A stretch of 55,764 bases of DNA, from the NCBI GenBank assembly GCA_001784805.1, contig MFSE01000013.1, positions 1 to 55,764 of the forward strand. The letters are read 5' to 3'. Within the stretch, counting starts at the first letter, position 1. Every line of letters starts with the position of its first letter. The DNA comes from Candidatus Moranbacteria bacterium RIFOXYA12_FULL_35_19 (GTDB lineage Bacteria; Patescibacteriota; Minisyncoccia; Moranbacterales; UBA2206). This document shows, in pieces, positions 29,834-38,970 of this stretch. The notes under the pieces are model-generated. The model made no database searches and was not told the DNA's origin. It saw nothing but the letters and a program-made list of their open reading frames with translations. A program made the translations under genes and the position numbers.

Positions 29834-30580
29834 TTAGCTTAAAAAATTTATCAAAACCAAACATCCATTCAAAACCTCCGCCTGTTTTTCAATTGGCAAA
29901 TCGACATCTCCTTTTTTAAGTTCCAATTTTGCCGAACCAGTTTGAAATGAAATTCGCATATCATTAGCCACGATAACTTTTCTCACAAACTTCAATCCAT
30001 TTCCCCTGGCTTCAGGCGCTCGCCCAGAAATAATTTCAGAAAAAGCAACCTCTAAAGCTTGTTCATCTGAAACTAAATCAGGCTTCACTCTTTTTAGAGT
30101 TTTAAAAATTCCCTGTCCGCGATCTGCCAAAACGACTTCTCTTTTCTTTATATCATAACCAAAAAACACTCCAGGAACATCTCGCCAATTTCCTAAATTA
30201 TGATCAAAAGAATTATTGCCAATTTCCCCAACAATAGCAGATAATAAGGGATATAATTCACTTAATCCATCGATTTGGCGCAAATTATTTTCAAATCTCA
30301 TCAATCGTGTTTGAAAAATCAAACTATTAGTACAATAAAATAATGCTTCCGGTTCTTTTGAATCAGGATTTGAGACCCATTCTTTTGCATCCCTGAAAAG
30401 ATTTGAAGCTGAAATTATAGATTGATTGATAAAACTTTCGACATCGCTTTCCCTATAAAAGCGCTTTCCACTTTTTCTAATTGCTAAAAAACGCCCTTTT
30501 TTATCCCAACGGCGCAAAGTATCAATAGAAACTCCTATTTTTTTGGCTGTTTCGCCAATAGATATCAATTTTAGGCTCAT
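29834..30580 (-). CDS. MerR/BldC-type HTH fused to a GHKL ATPase (anti-sigma/kinase-like)
   Basis: SIGETAKKIGVSIDTLRRWD; EIGNNSFDH, DRGQG and RGNGL boxes. Confidence 0.8.
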   Translation of the reverse strand: MSLKLISIGETAKKIGVSIDTLRRWDKKGRFLAIRKSGKRFYRESDVESFINQSIISASNLFRDAKEWVSNPDSKEPEALFYCTNSLIFQTRLMRFENNLRQIDGLSELYPLLSAIVGEIGNNSFDHNLGNWRDVPGVFFGYDIKKREVVLADRGQGIFKTLKRVKPDLVSDEQALEVAFSEIISGRAPEARGNGLKFVRKVIVANDMRISFQTGSAKLELKKGDVDLPIEKQAEVLNGCLVLINFLS

Positions 30581-30683
30581 TTTAGGTATTTTTTTACTAT
30601 AACACTATTTTAGCACATATTCTACACCTATGCAAGTAGTTATTATACCTATGCATACCTATGCAGATAGTGGCCTAACCTGG

Positions 30684-32264
30684 CTATTCTACCCAATACT
30701 TCTTCTTCATTAATTCTTCCTCCTCTTTTTTTTCTTCTTCAATTTTTTTCTTAGCCATCACGCGAAGATCGTTAAGATCTTTTTTATTTAAAGCTTTCGC
30801 CAAATTTAATAAATCTTTTTTATTATTCAGTTTTTGATCATCAATCACCTCGGCTAGCATCACATCCAAGATTGCCCCGATTTTTGGTCCGGGTTGGATT
30901 TTTAAATCTTGAATTAGATCATTGCCATTAATTGCAAGCTGTTTAACTGAAATGGCATCATGCGAAACTTTTTCTACCATGAATTTGAAATGGCGCAGTT
31001 TGTATGGCACGGCTTTGGCCACGCCTGAACCCAACCGATCAGCAATTCGTACATCGATTAAATCATTGATATTTTCCACGCCAACTTTTTGCACTACCCG
31101 ACGCACACCTGATTCACCCACTTCATCTATGTTGTAGTAGAACATATGATTTTTCACAAGCATCACAGTTTTCTCAATAATTTTCCGAGGATATTTCATC
31201 CGTTCCAAAATTTTCTCCACCATTTTTGCCCCAACATATTCGTGCGAATAGAAAGTTGCCATTTCTCCCTCGCCTCTTTTTGATTTCGGTTTTCCAATGT
31301 CATGCAAAAATGAAGCCAAGCGCACTTCCAATTTTTCTGACGGACATTTTTCCAAACTTGCAAGAAGATGGGCATAAACCGTATTGTATGGTCCAAAATA
31401 ATGATGACGGTTTTGTTTCACGCCAATAGTTCCCAAAATTTCAGGAATAAAATAATCGATCAATTTTGTTTCCATTAAAAGTTCCACGCCCTTGCTTGGA
31501 TTTTTTGAAAGAATTATTTTATCAAATTCATCTCTAATTCTTTCGATTGAAACATATTTTAGATTTTTAGCATTTTTCTTAATCGCCTCGAAAGTTTTTT
31601 CTTCAATCTCCCATTCGCCTTCCCCCTTCTCCTTTATAAGGAGAGGGTTGCCCGCCTGCCGGCGAGGCAGGAGGTGAGGTGTATTTCTTCCGAGCTGAAC
31701 AGCGAAACGGATCGCTCTCATCATCCGAAGCGCATCCTCATCAAATCTTTCCCCCGCCTCCCCCACCGCGCGAATTATTTTATTCTTAAGATCTTTTTGC
31801 CCGCTGAACAAATCGATAATTTCATATTTGTTTTTTGTTTCATATTTCATGTTATATGTTACATGAATTGCCATAGCATTCACCGTAAAATCTCTTCTCG
31901 AAAGATCTTCTTCCAAAGTTTTGGCAAATTTCACCTCGTCTGGATGACGCTTGTCAGAATATTTTGATTCAATGCGATATGTCGTTATTTCCACATTCGG
32001 CCCATCCCAATCTTTTTCTTCTACGCCCTCAATATATTTCAAAGGCAACATCACTGTCCCAAAATCATTTTCATATTTCCCATCCGGAAAAATTTTCAAA
32101 ATCTCTTTCGGCTTCGCATTAGTCGCCACATCCCAATCCTTCGGATCCGCTCCCAATAATAAATCCCTCACACATCCACCCACCACAAACGCCTCAAAAC
32201 CAGCCCCTTCGAGCTTTCCAATAACTTCTATTATATAATGTGGAAATTCTATTTTTTTAGTCAT
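30684..32264 (-). CDS. cca: CCA-adding enzyme / poly(A) polymerase family with HD domain
   Basis: VGGCVRD, KDWDVAT, RRDFTVNA, EDALRMMRA, LHDIGK. Confidence 0.9.
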   Translation of the reverse strand: MTKKIEFPHYIIEVIGKLEGAGFEAFVVGGCVRDLLLGADPKDWDVATNAKPKEILKIFPDGKYENDFGTVMLPLKYIEGVEEKDWDGPNVEITTYRIESKYSDKRHPDEVKFAKTLEEDLSRRDFTVNAMAIHVTYNMKYETKNKYEIIDLFSGQKDLKNKIIRAVGEAGERFDEDALRMMRAIRFAVQLGRNTPHLLPRRQAGNPLLIKEKGEGEWEIEEKTFEAIKKNAKNLKYVSIERIRDEFDKIILSKNPSKGVELLMETKLIDYFIPEILGTIGVKQNRHHYFGPYNTVYAHLLASLEKCPSEKLEVRLASFLHDIGKPKSKRGEGEMATFYSHEYVGAKMVEKILERMKYPRKIIEKTVMLVKNHMFYYNIDEVGESGVRRVVQKVGVENINDLIDVRIADRLGSGVAKAVPYKLRHFKFMVEKVSHDAISVKQLAINGNDLIQDLKIQPGPKIGAILDVMLAEVIDDQKLNNKKDLLNLAKALNKKDLNDLRVMAKKKIEEEKKEEEELMKKKYWVE

Positions 32265-32384
32265 AAATTTCTACCTTTATAATATCTTCTATATCATATT
32301 TTCGCAAATATTTAAGAAAATATAAAAAGAGCCAAGTTTGTGTGATAACAAACTTGGCTCAAACTTTAGTGGTTAGCGAGTTTT

Positions 32385-32921
32385 CTAGGCCGACTCGCTT
32401 TCGGCCTTACTTCGTTTTTTAAACACCTCCTTTAATTTCTGAGTAAAAAGAACTTCGTCCCCAACATAAACAATTTCACTTCCAACAGGAACACAACGCT
32501 GCTTAATTTTTCTTATTAAATCCTCCAATTCTTTTCTTAGAGAAAAGTCGTCAAAAAATTTTTCTACTCCTCCTGGATAATATTGGAGATCTTCCATCAT
32601 ATAAAATTCCTCTTTTTCCAAAAGAGCTTCGAGGATTTCTTTATCGAAAACTCGTTTTTGTTCCAATCTGCAGAAATCAAACACTACCACTGGGAGATAT
32701 TTAATCGTCAACAAAACATCTTCCTTCGTTACCTCTTTTTCAGGCCAAAGAATTGGTAAATCCCCAACACCAATAAGAGATCTGCCCATATCAGGAGCTC
32801 CATTGGGGTAATATCCGACTTTTTTAAAAAACCCCTGAATTTCGTTCCAAGGAACCGGGAGTTCCTTATAGGATTTTATGGCCTCTATAATTCTTTCTCT
32901 TGTTTTATCATCCATTTTCAT
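32385..32921 (-). CDS. Orphan protein, divergent from TrmB
   Basis: SD AAGGAG, TTGACA-17-TATACT promoter, terminator at about 32325-32360. Confidence 0.72.
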   Translation of the reverse strand: MKMDDKTRERIIEAIKSYKELPVPWNEIQGFFKKVGYYPNGAPDMGRSLIGVGDLPILWPEKEVTKEDVLLTIKYLPVVVFDFCRLEQKRVFDKEILEALLEKEEFYMMEDLQYYPGGVEKFFDDFSLRKELEDLIRKIKQRCVPVGSEIVYVGDEVLFTQKLKEVFKKRSKAESESA

Positions 32922-33145
32922 CTCTCCTTTTTTATTAAATTTTCAAAGATCTCTGTTAAGCCTCCAATTGACCTATTCAATTTTTTAGCTTAACAAAAGA
33001 GTATAGCATACTATTTTTATTTTGTCAACCCTTTTTGATGATAATCTTGTATTATTTTGATATTTTGCTTTATATTAGCCTAAATATTAAATAATTAAGC
33101 AAAGATTTATTTGCTATTTTTCTTCCCTTGTGCTATAATTGAGCC

Positions 33146-33889
33146 ATGATAAAAAACATTTTCAAAAAACAGCTGATTAGTCTTGGTTTTAGTGATCACG
33201 AGGCGGATATCTATCTAGTTCTACTAGAAAATGGACATTCTTCGACTGGACCAATTATCAAAAAAACTAATTTGCATCGAAATATCGTCTATGAAACACT
33301 AAATAAGTTAGTTAACAAGAAATTTGTTTCTGAATCTAATCAACGAGGCATAAAACACTACAAAGCTCTCAATCCAGAAAAAATATTGCATCATAAAGAA
33401 GAACAATTCAATCTTGCTCAAAATCTAATCCCCCAACTTAAGGATTTACAAACTAAAGAAAAAGTTGAGGTAGTTTTATATGAAGGTTTAAGCGGTTTTC
33501 AGACAGCTCTTAAAAACGCAATTGATAGAATTGCTCCCAATCAAAATATATTGGTTTTAGCAACTGGAGGAGAATTTTTTTACAAAAATATTGGCAATGC
33601 TCTTAAATATTACGACAAAAAAAGAAAAGAGAAAAAAATCAATATCAAAATGATTTATCAATCTTCCAAAAACGAAAGCCTGGCAAAAACTACACGCCTT
33701 AGACCACTTATGGAAGTTAAATATATTGAATCTCCTTTTTTGCCAATTTCTGAAATTGAAATTATGGAAAATACAATTTTAATGCAAATTTATTCTGATC
33801 CTCCCGTGGTAATTGAAATATCCAGCAAAGAAGTCGCTGATAGTTATAGAAATCACTTTACTGATCTTTGGGAGAAAGCTAAAAAATAA
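33146..33889 (+). CDS. TrmB-family transcriptional regulator (copy 6)
   Basis: LGFSDHEADIY, LHRNIVY, LYEGLSG; ATG 6 nt after TATAAT. Confidence 0.87.
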   Translation: MIKNIFKKQLISLGFSDHEADIYLVLLENGHSSTGPIIKKTNLHRNIVYETLNKLVNKKFVSESNQRGIKHYKALNPEKILHHKEEQFNLAQNLIPQLKDLQTKEKVEVVLYEGLSGFQTALKNAIDRIAPNQNILVLATGGEFFYKNIGNALKYYDKKRKEKKINIKMIYQSSKNESLAKTTRLRPLMEVKYIESPFLPISEIEIMENTILMQIYSDPPVVIEISSKEVADSYRNHFTDLWEKAKK

Positions 33890-33945
33890 TTCCTTTTAAA
33901 ATCACAAAAAAAATCACTACTTAGTGATTTTTTTTATTTGTTTTG

Positions 33946-34017
33946 TGTCCCCAGTATGAATCGAACATACATCTATCCCTTAGGACGGGACTGTTCTATC
34001 CGTTGAACTATGGGGAC
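33946..34017 (-). tRNA. tRNA-Arg(CCT)
   Basis: GTCCC-GTCCTAA-GGGAT anticodon arm. Confidence 0.92.
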
Positions 34018-34033
34018 AATTCATTAACTAAAA

Positions 34034-34642
34034 TTAAAATTTTTCAACCAAATCGGGATACTTTTCCAAAGCTTCTTGTTTCAGAAATTTAGCCTGCTTA
34101 TAATATTCATATCTTTTACCATATATCCCTTTCATCAATTCTTCTTTTGAATTTTGGTATTCTTCATATTTTTTTGCAGTGTTTTGTTGCTTGATTTCAT
34201 CTAAAAAATATTGGATGTCCCCTTCGAAAGAAAAAGGCTCTGGATATTTATTAAGAAAATTTTCCGCATCTCTCGCATTAAGCTTCTCATAATCATTTGC
34301 ATTCTTTAAAACAAGATAGGCTACCATTTTTTCCATTTGTTTGTTTCCTAAAATTTTAGTAAATATTTCAGCTGGTTCATCCGGATTTACAGGCGCCTTG
34401 ATACAGAGTAATAATTCTCTAAAATCATCTTCCATAATCTCTCCTTTAGCAATTTTTTCAATAATCTCATTTCTGATTTCATCTTTTACACGAAATATTT
34501 TTTCTTCTAAAATTTCTGGTTTTCTTTCTTTAAGGTAAGCAATTATTTTATTTTGTTGTCTAATATTAGGTCTTTCGCTTTTTTTATCTTCTTCGCTTTT
34601 GTGAGTAGTTGTTATCGCCTCAAAACCTGGGTTATTAAGCAT
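34034..34642 (-). CDS. Hypothetical protein
   Basis: Charged ORF; ATG 34642 avoids overlap with the upstream gene. Confidence 0.7.
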   Translation of the reverse strand: MLNNPGFEAITTTHKSEEDKKSERPNIRQQNKIIAYLKERKPEILEEKIFRVKDEIRNEIIEKIAKGEIMEDDFRELLLCIKAPVNPDEPAEIFTKILGNKQMEKMVAYLVLKNANDYEKLNARDAENFLNKYPEPFSFEGDIQYFLDEIKQQNTAKKYEEYQNSKEELMKGIYGKRYEYYKQAKFLKQEALEKYPDLVEKF

Positions 34643-34673
34643 AGTTTTAAATTTAATAATTATTATTAAAAAA

Positions 34674-34943
34674 TTATTTTCTACTTTTTCCAAAACCGGA
34701 TTTCATCGCTACAAATGTTCCCACAGCAATTCCTAGTGAATATACTGTTATCGCTAAAAAACTTCTTTCGGTGTCTAGTCTTGTGAGTATATCATAAAAG
34801 ACTCCCAAGCTTATCATAGAAGTAAAAAAAGAAAAAGCTGAAGCTAAAAACGGCCGATCAGTCGCGACATACTTGACATTGAGCGTCCAAAAAAGATCCT
34901 GTGCCACTCCGATTAGAAAATAAATTACAAAATAGATGTTCAT
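34674..34943 (-). CDS. Small membrane protein (DUF5698-like)
   Basis: Three TM helices, YSLGIAVGTFVAM. Confidence 0.65.
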   Translation of the reverse strand: MNIYFVIYFLIGVAQDLFWTLNVKYVATDRPFLASAFSFFTSMISLGVFYDILTRLDTERSFLAITVYSLGIAVGTFVAMKSGFGKSRK

Positions 34944-34945
34944 TT

Positions 34946-35065
34946 ACCCTGTTAAATAAAATTTAAATCTCTTTTAAAGAAATTAGTTTTATTTTTATAA
35001 ATAATTATATTTTTCTAAAAACATTCATCCCTATTTATTTAAATTTAAAAATTATTTAACAGGGT
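34946..35065. repeat. 14-bp inverted repeat pair, MITE-like
   Basis: ACCCTGTTAAATAA (34946-34959) / TTATTTAACAGGGT (35052-35065) around an AT-rich spacer. Confidence 0.65.
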
Positions 35066-35077
35066 GAATTTTTTTAG

Positions 35078-35148
35078 TGGACCTATGGAGAATTGAACTC
35101 CAGATTGATCCATGCCATGGATCCGTAATACCACTTTACTATAGGCCC
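35078..35148 (-). tRNA. tRNA-Ala(GGC)
   Basis: GATCC-ATGGCAT-GGATC anticodon arm; G3:U70 pair. Confidence 0.92.
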
Positions 35149-35234
35149 AACATATTTCACACTAAGCTAATCATATTTTATTTACTTCACTTGGTCAATG
35201 GTTTTTTTTCAAATTTACGCTATAATCAACATAT

Positions 35235-37115
35235 ATGATGAGTTTAATTTCTAAATTTTGGAATAATTTCAAAAATCAACCAGACATTTGGTTCTTTTTT
35301 GGGTTTTTATTAACTTTTACGCTAAGTATTAGGAAAGTAGTGTTATACTTTCTAATCCAAGGAACTTTCAATGAATATTCCGGAGTATTTATCTACCTTT
35401 CAGATGTTTTTCTAATTTTAACTCTAGTTTTCTGGTTTATATCTATATTATGCAATGATTTTACTGTTTTGTCAAGGTATAGGTTGTGGATAAGTAGTGC
35501 TTTCCACAAGTTATACATATTTTTACCCCTATTTTTAGTTTTTCTTTCTTTTATATCAATATTATGGTCACCCAATCAGTCAATAGCACTTTTTCGATCA
35601 TTCAAGCTTTTGGAGTTTTATTTACTATATATTTATATTATTTTTAGATTTGCTCCACAATTGTTCCACCCGCCTCATCGGCGGACAAACGTGGAACAAA
35701 ATACACCTCATCCTAACCTTCTCCTTATTAAGGAGAAGGAACTTGCCCCCCTCTCCTTTATAAGGAGAGGGGCTGGGGGTGAGGTAGAAATTGTTCCACG
35801 TGGAACATTTAATGCTTTCTCTTGGATTATAATACTATCCGGTCTCTTTCAAGCCACAATTGGCATAATTCAATTTTTCCTGCAAACATCTGTTGGTCTT
35901 TTTTTCCTTAAAGAAAGCCTAATTTCACCAAACATCCTCGGGGTCGCCAAAATAATCTTAAATGGAGAAATATATATCCGCGCCTATGGCCTTATGCCAC
36001 ATCCTAATGTTTTGGGTGGATTATTGCTATTTTCTATTATTATCACATTATTATATAAAAAAATGTTCCACGTGGAACATCAACTGCCCCCCTCTCCTTT
36101 ACAAGGAGAGGGGCAGGGGGTGAGGTTAAGCGATGTTCCACGCCCGTCTGCCGGCGAGGCAGATGGAACAATTAAAGAAAAATATTATTCTATGCTAAAT
36201 TGTTCCACGTGGAACAATTGGATAATTGAAAATAATTGGTTTTTTAGGCTCATATTAGCTATTCAAATTTTAGCGCTAATTTTAACATTCTCAAAATCAG
36301 CCATAATTGGGCTATTAATTGCTTTAGCTTATATAATTGTTCCATGTGGAACATTCAATATTCCCTTCTTCTTTATAAGGAGAAGGGCTGGGGATGAGGT
36401 ATGCGATTGTTCCATGTGGAACATTTTTGGGCGGGTGGAACATTTGAAATTAATAATACTCTCGATCTTAATTATTTTAGTATCTATATTTATCATAATC
36501 AAACCCAATTTGAACTCTTTATTTTTTAACTCCTTCGATGAGCGCGTATTTTATCTAAATGTTCCACGTGGAACATTTGGGAGTGATCCAGTCTTAGGAA
36601 TTGGCGCAGGACAATCAGTTATAATGATGCAAAAATTTTATTCTCAAACTTTAGAATTCTGGCAATATCAGCCTATTCATAATGTTTTTCTGCTAATATT
36701 TAGCGAACTAGGATTGCTTGGGTTGGGATTATTTGTTTGGTGGTTATGGAAATTGTTCCACCCGCCTCATCGGCGGACAAGCGTGGAACAATTTAAAAAT
36801 TCACCTCATCCTAACCTTCTCCTTATTAAGGAGAAGGAACTTGCCCCCCTCTCCTTTATAAGGAGAGGGGCAGGGGGTGAGGTTAAAATTGTTCCACGTG
36901 GAACAATAGAAAATAATGACTACATATTACACAATAATAATACATATTTGTCAAGTGCTATATTTTCTCGATATTTTACCGGAATTCTTTTAGGCCTCAT
37001 TTTTATTATGCTTTTTGACCATTATATCTGGGATATCCAACAGGGAAGCCTCCTATTTTGGCTAACTGCCAGCTTTGTTGCTGGGATATGCAAAAAATAT
37101 TCCCTTCATAATTAA
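35235..37115 (+). CDS. O-antigen ligase/Wzy-like polytopic membrane protein with repeat-derived insertions
   Basis: RAYGLMPHPNVLGG, LTFSKSA, GIGAGQ, QPIHNVFL and FDHY motifs. Confidence 0.85.
   Translation: MMSLISKFWNNFKNQPDIWFFFGFLLTFTLSIRKVVLYFLIQGTFNEYSGVFIYLSDVFLILTLVFWFISILCNDFTVLSRYRLWISSAFHKLYIFLPLFLVFLSFISILWSPNQSIALFRSFKLLEFYLLYIYIIFRFAPQLFHPPHRRTNVEQNTPHPNLLLIKEKELAPLSFIRRGAGGEVEIVPRGTFNAFSWIIILSGLFQATIGIIQFFLQTSVGLFFLKESLISPNILGVAKIILNGEIYIRAYGLMPHPNVLGGLLLFSIIITLLYKKMFHVEHQLPPSPLQGEGQGVRLSDVPRPSAGEADGTIKEKYYSMLNCSTWNNWIIENNWFFRLILAIQILALILTFSKSAIIGLLIALAYIIVPCGTFNIPFFFIRRRAGDEVCDCSMWNIFGRVEHLKLIILSILIILVSIFIIIKPNLNSLFFNSFDERVFYLNVPRGTFGSDPVLGIGAGQSVIMMQKFYSQTLEFWQYQPIHNVFLLIFSELGLLGLGLFVWWLWKLFHPPHRRTSVEQFKNSPHPNLLLIKEKELAPLSFIRRGAGGEVKIVPRGTIENNDYILHNNNTYLSSAIFSRYFTGILLGLIFIMLFDHYIWDIQQGSLLFWLTASFVAGICKKYSLHN
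35662..36905. promoter_or_regulatory. parS cluster (ParB-binding centromere)
   Basis: TGTTCCACGTGGAACA perfect at 35792, 36064, 36201, 36560, 36890; one mismatch at 36338, 36408; interrupted at 35662, 36134, 36754. Confidence 0.85.
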
Positions 37116-37275
37116 TGATTTGCTATCGACAGTAAACAGTAAACCACAAAATTATCCAATTGTTAAAAATCATAAAAAATGCTATCCTAAAATTAGAATA
37201 AAACGACATATTCATATATAAACGATATGTAAAATAAAATTATTCTACTAAGCTATAATTATTAAACTAAAAAAT

Positions 37276-37530
37276 ATGGAAAAACCACCAATCGAAAGTG
37301 TAGAAGACGCTTTTAAAAAATATCATGCTAAAGTCAAAGCGTTACTTGACAATAAATATGATGAGCAAAAAGTAAATGGATGCATGTCACTTCAGGCGCC
37401 TGGAGAACTTGAAAAAATATATAATGAGTTAAAGATGTCTTTGGAAAATGCGCAAAATGAAAAAGAAAAGGATGATGCAAGAAATACATGGCTTGAAAAG
37501 TATGATGTGATGAAAGACATTACTTACTAA
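37276..37530 (+). CDS. Hypothetical protein
   Basis: 84-aa ORF. Confidence 0.6.
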   Translation: MEKPPIESVEDAFKKYHAKVKALLDNKYDEQKVNGCMSLQAPGELEKIYNELKMSLENAQNEKEKDDARNTWLEKYDVMKDITY

Positions 37531-37695
37531 ATCGTAAAAAAAATACATCTCTTGGTATGGCATATTCGGCTCAGAAAATTGACACAACTATATTTCAAAG
37601 AAGTGTCAATTTTCTTTGCCCAAAATCTCGCACCAAAAGTCAGTTAATCAAAGTTTAAAATATTTTATAACAAATAAAACCAACCAACAATTAAT

Positions 37696-38019
37696 ATGAT
37701 GCACTATTTACCTTTTATTATTCTATTCGTTGGTGGCTCAATTCTTACTATAGGCGATATACTCATGAAAAAATGGGTCGTCAATAACAGTATTCCATTG
37801 TTCATAACCGGGCTTGGAATCTATTTGGTCGGCTTAATTTTTCTTGCTATTAGCTTCAAATATAAAAATATTGCTGTCGCTTCTACCATTTTCGTTATTT
37901 TTAATATTATCACATTATCAATTGTCAGTTGGTTTTATTTTAAGGAAACATTAACGCCATTCCAGCTTATTGGCATTGCTCTCGGTATTAGTTCAATTTT
38001 ATTCCTAGAACTTGCCTGA
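37696..38019 (+). CDS. SMR/DMT-family small transporter
   Basis: Four TM helices, FKETLTPFQLIGIALG. Confidence 0.8.
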   Translation: MMHYLPFIILFVGGSILTIGDILMKKWVVNNSIPLFITGLGIYLVGLIFLAISFKYKNIAVASTIFVIFNIITLSIVSWFYFKETLTPFQLIGIALGISSILFLELA

Positions 38020-38097
38020 CATTTATCATCGTGCTTTTCTTAAAATTCAACAGCAAGGCATATTTGGTTCAAGAACTTTGCACCTTGTGATAAAAAT

Positions 38098-38667
38098 ATG
38101 AAAGGATTAATGACTTACGAAGATTATCAATTACTTCTCAAAGGAGAATTGGGCAAATATTATGAGGGTCGGTGGGAATATTTTAAAGAAGTCATAGAGA
38201 TCATTAAAAATGAAGAAATTAAATCTGTCTTGGAAATTGGTCCTGCTCAAGAACCAATTGTCAAAAATTGTGATGTAATGGTAAAGCCAGAAGATGATAT
38301 GTGGGGAAGGCCGAAAAATGTTTTTTTTCAAAAAGAATATTTGCACGATGCGACTGAAAAACCTTGGCCGATAAAAGATAAACGATATGACTTACTCATA
38401 GCTCTTCAGGTTTGGGAACATTTGGACAATAAACAAAGCAGGGCTTTCCGAGAAGTAATGCGAGTGTCAAAAATGGCCATACTTAGTTTTCCATATTTAT
38501 GGGATTGTCCAAAAGATAGTAGGAATTATCCAGCCCATCATCTGCTAGACGAAGAGCTTATTAATGATTGGACATTGAATATTAAACCAGAAAAGATTAT
38601 TAGAATCCCAAGAACTGGTCCGGAAGTGAGTAAGGGCTCAAGAATAATATATTTTTGGAAGTTTTAA
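38098..38667 (+). CDS. SAM-dependent methyltransferase-like protein
   Basis: SVLEIGP, YDLLIALQVWEHL, FREVMRV. Confidence 0.7.
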   Translation: MKGLMTYEDYQLLLKGELGKYYEGRWEYFKEVIEIIKNEEIKSVLEIGPAQEPIVKNCDVMVKPEDDMWGRPKNVFFQKEYLHDATEKPWPIKDKRYDLLIALQVWEHLDNKQSRAFREVMRVSKMAILSFPYLWDCPKDSRNYPAHHLLDEELINDWTLNIKPEKIIRIPRTGPEVSKGSRIIYFWKF

Positions 38668-38721
38668 AAAAAAAGAAAACTTGAGTATAAATCATAACGA
38701 ATATTTAAAAAGGAGGTCGCC

Positions 38722-38892
38722 ATGTTCCAAGTACCCGAGTATGTAGCAACTTGCAAAAAGTGTAAGAATGAATTTCCGGCATATGATGAAAATGCCATCA
38801 AGTGTCCTGGTTGCGGGGCATTACTTACACCCAAACCTTTAAAAAAAGACTGGCCGGAACTGCGGCCGGAGGATGATTTTAAACTTTATTAG
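38722..38892 (+). CDS. Small zinc-ribbon protein (56 aa, not in ORF track)
   Basis: SD AAGGAGGT; CKKC...CPGCG. Confidence 0.75.
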   Translation: MFQVPEYVATCKKCKNEFPAYDENAIKCPGCGALLTPKPLKKDWPELRPEDDFKLY

Positions 38893-38970
38893 TTTTTTCT
38901 TTTTCCTCACAAAAAAATCCTACGCCTTGGAAACTTCAGGTGTAGGATTTTTGATTTGTGAAAAATATTT

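Noticed and set aside
35662..36905. CRISPR array of 16-bp repeats
   Set aside because: Repeats are too short, irregularly spaced, lie within an ORF and match parS.
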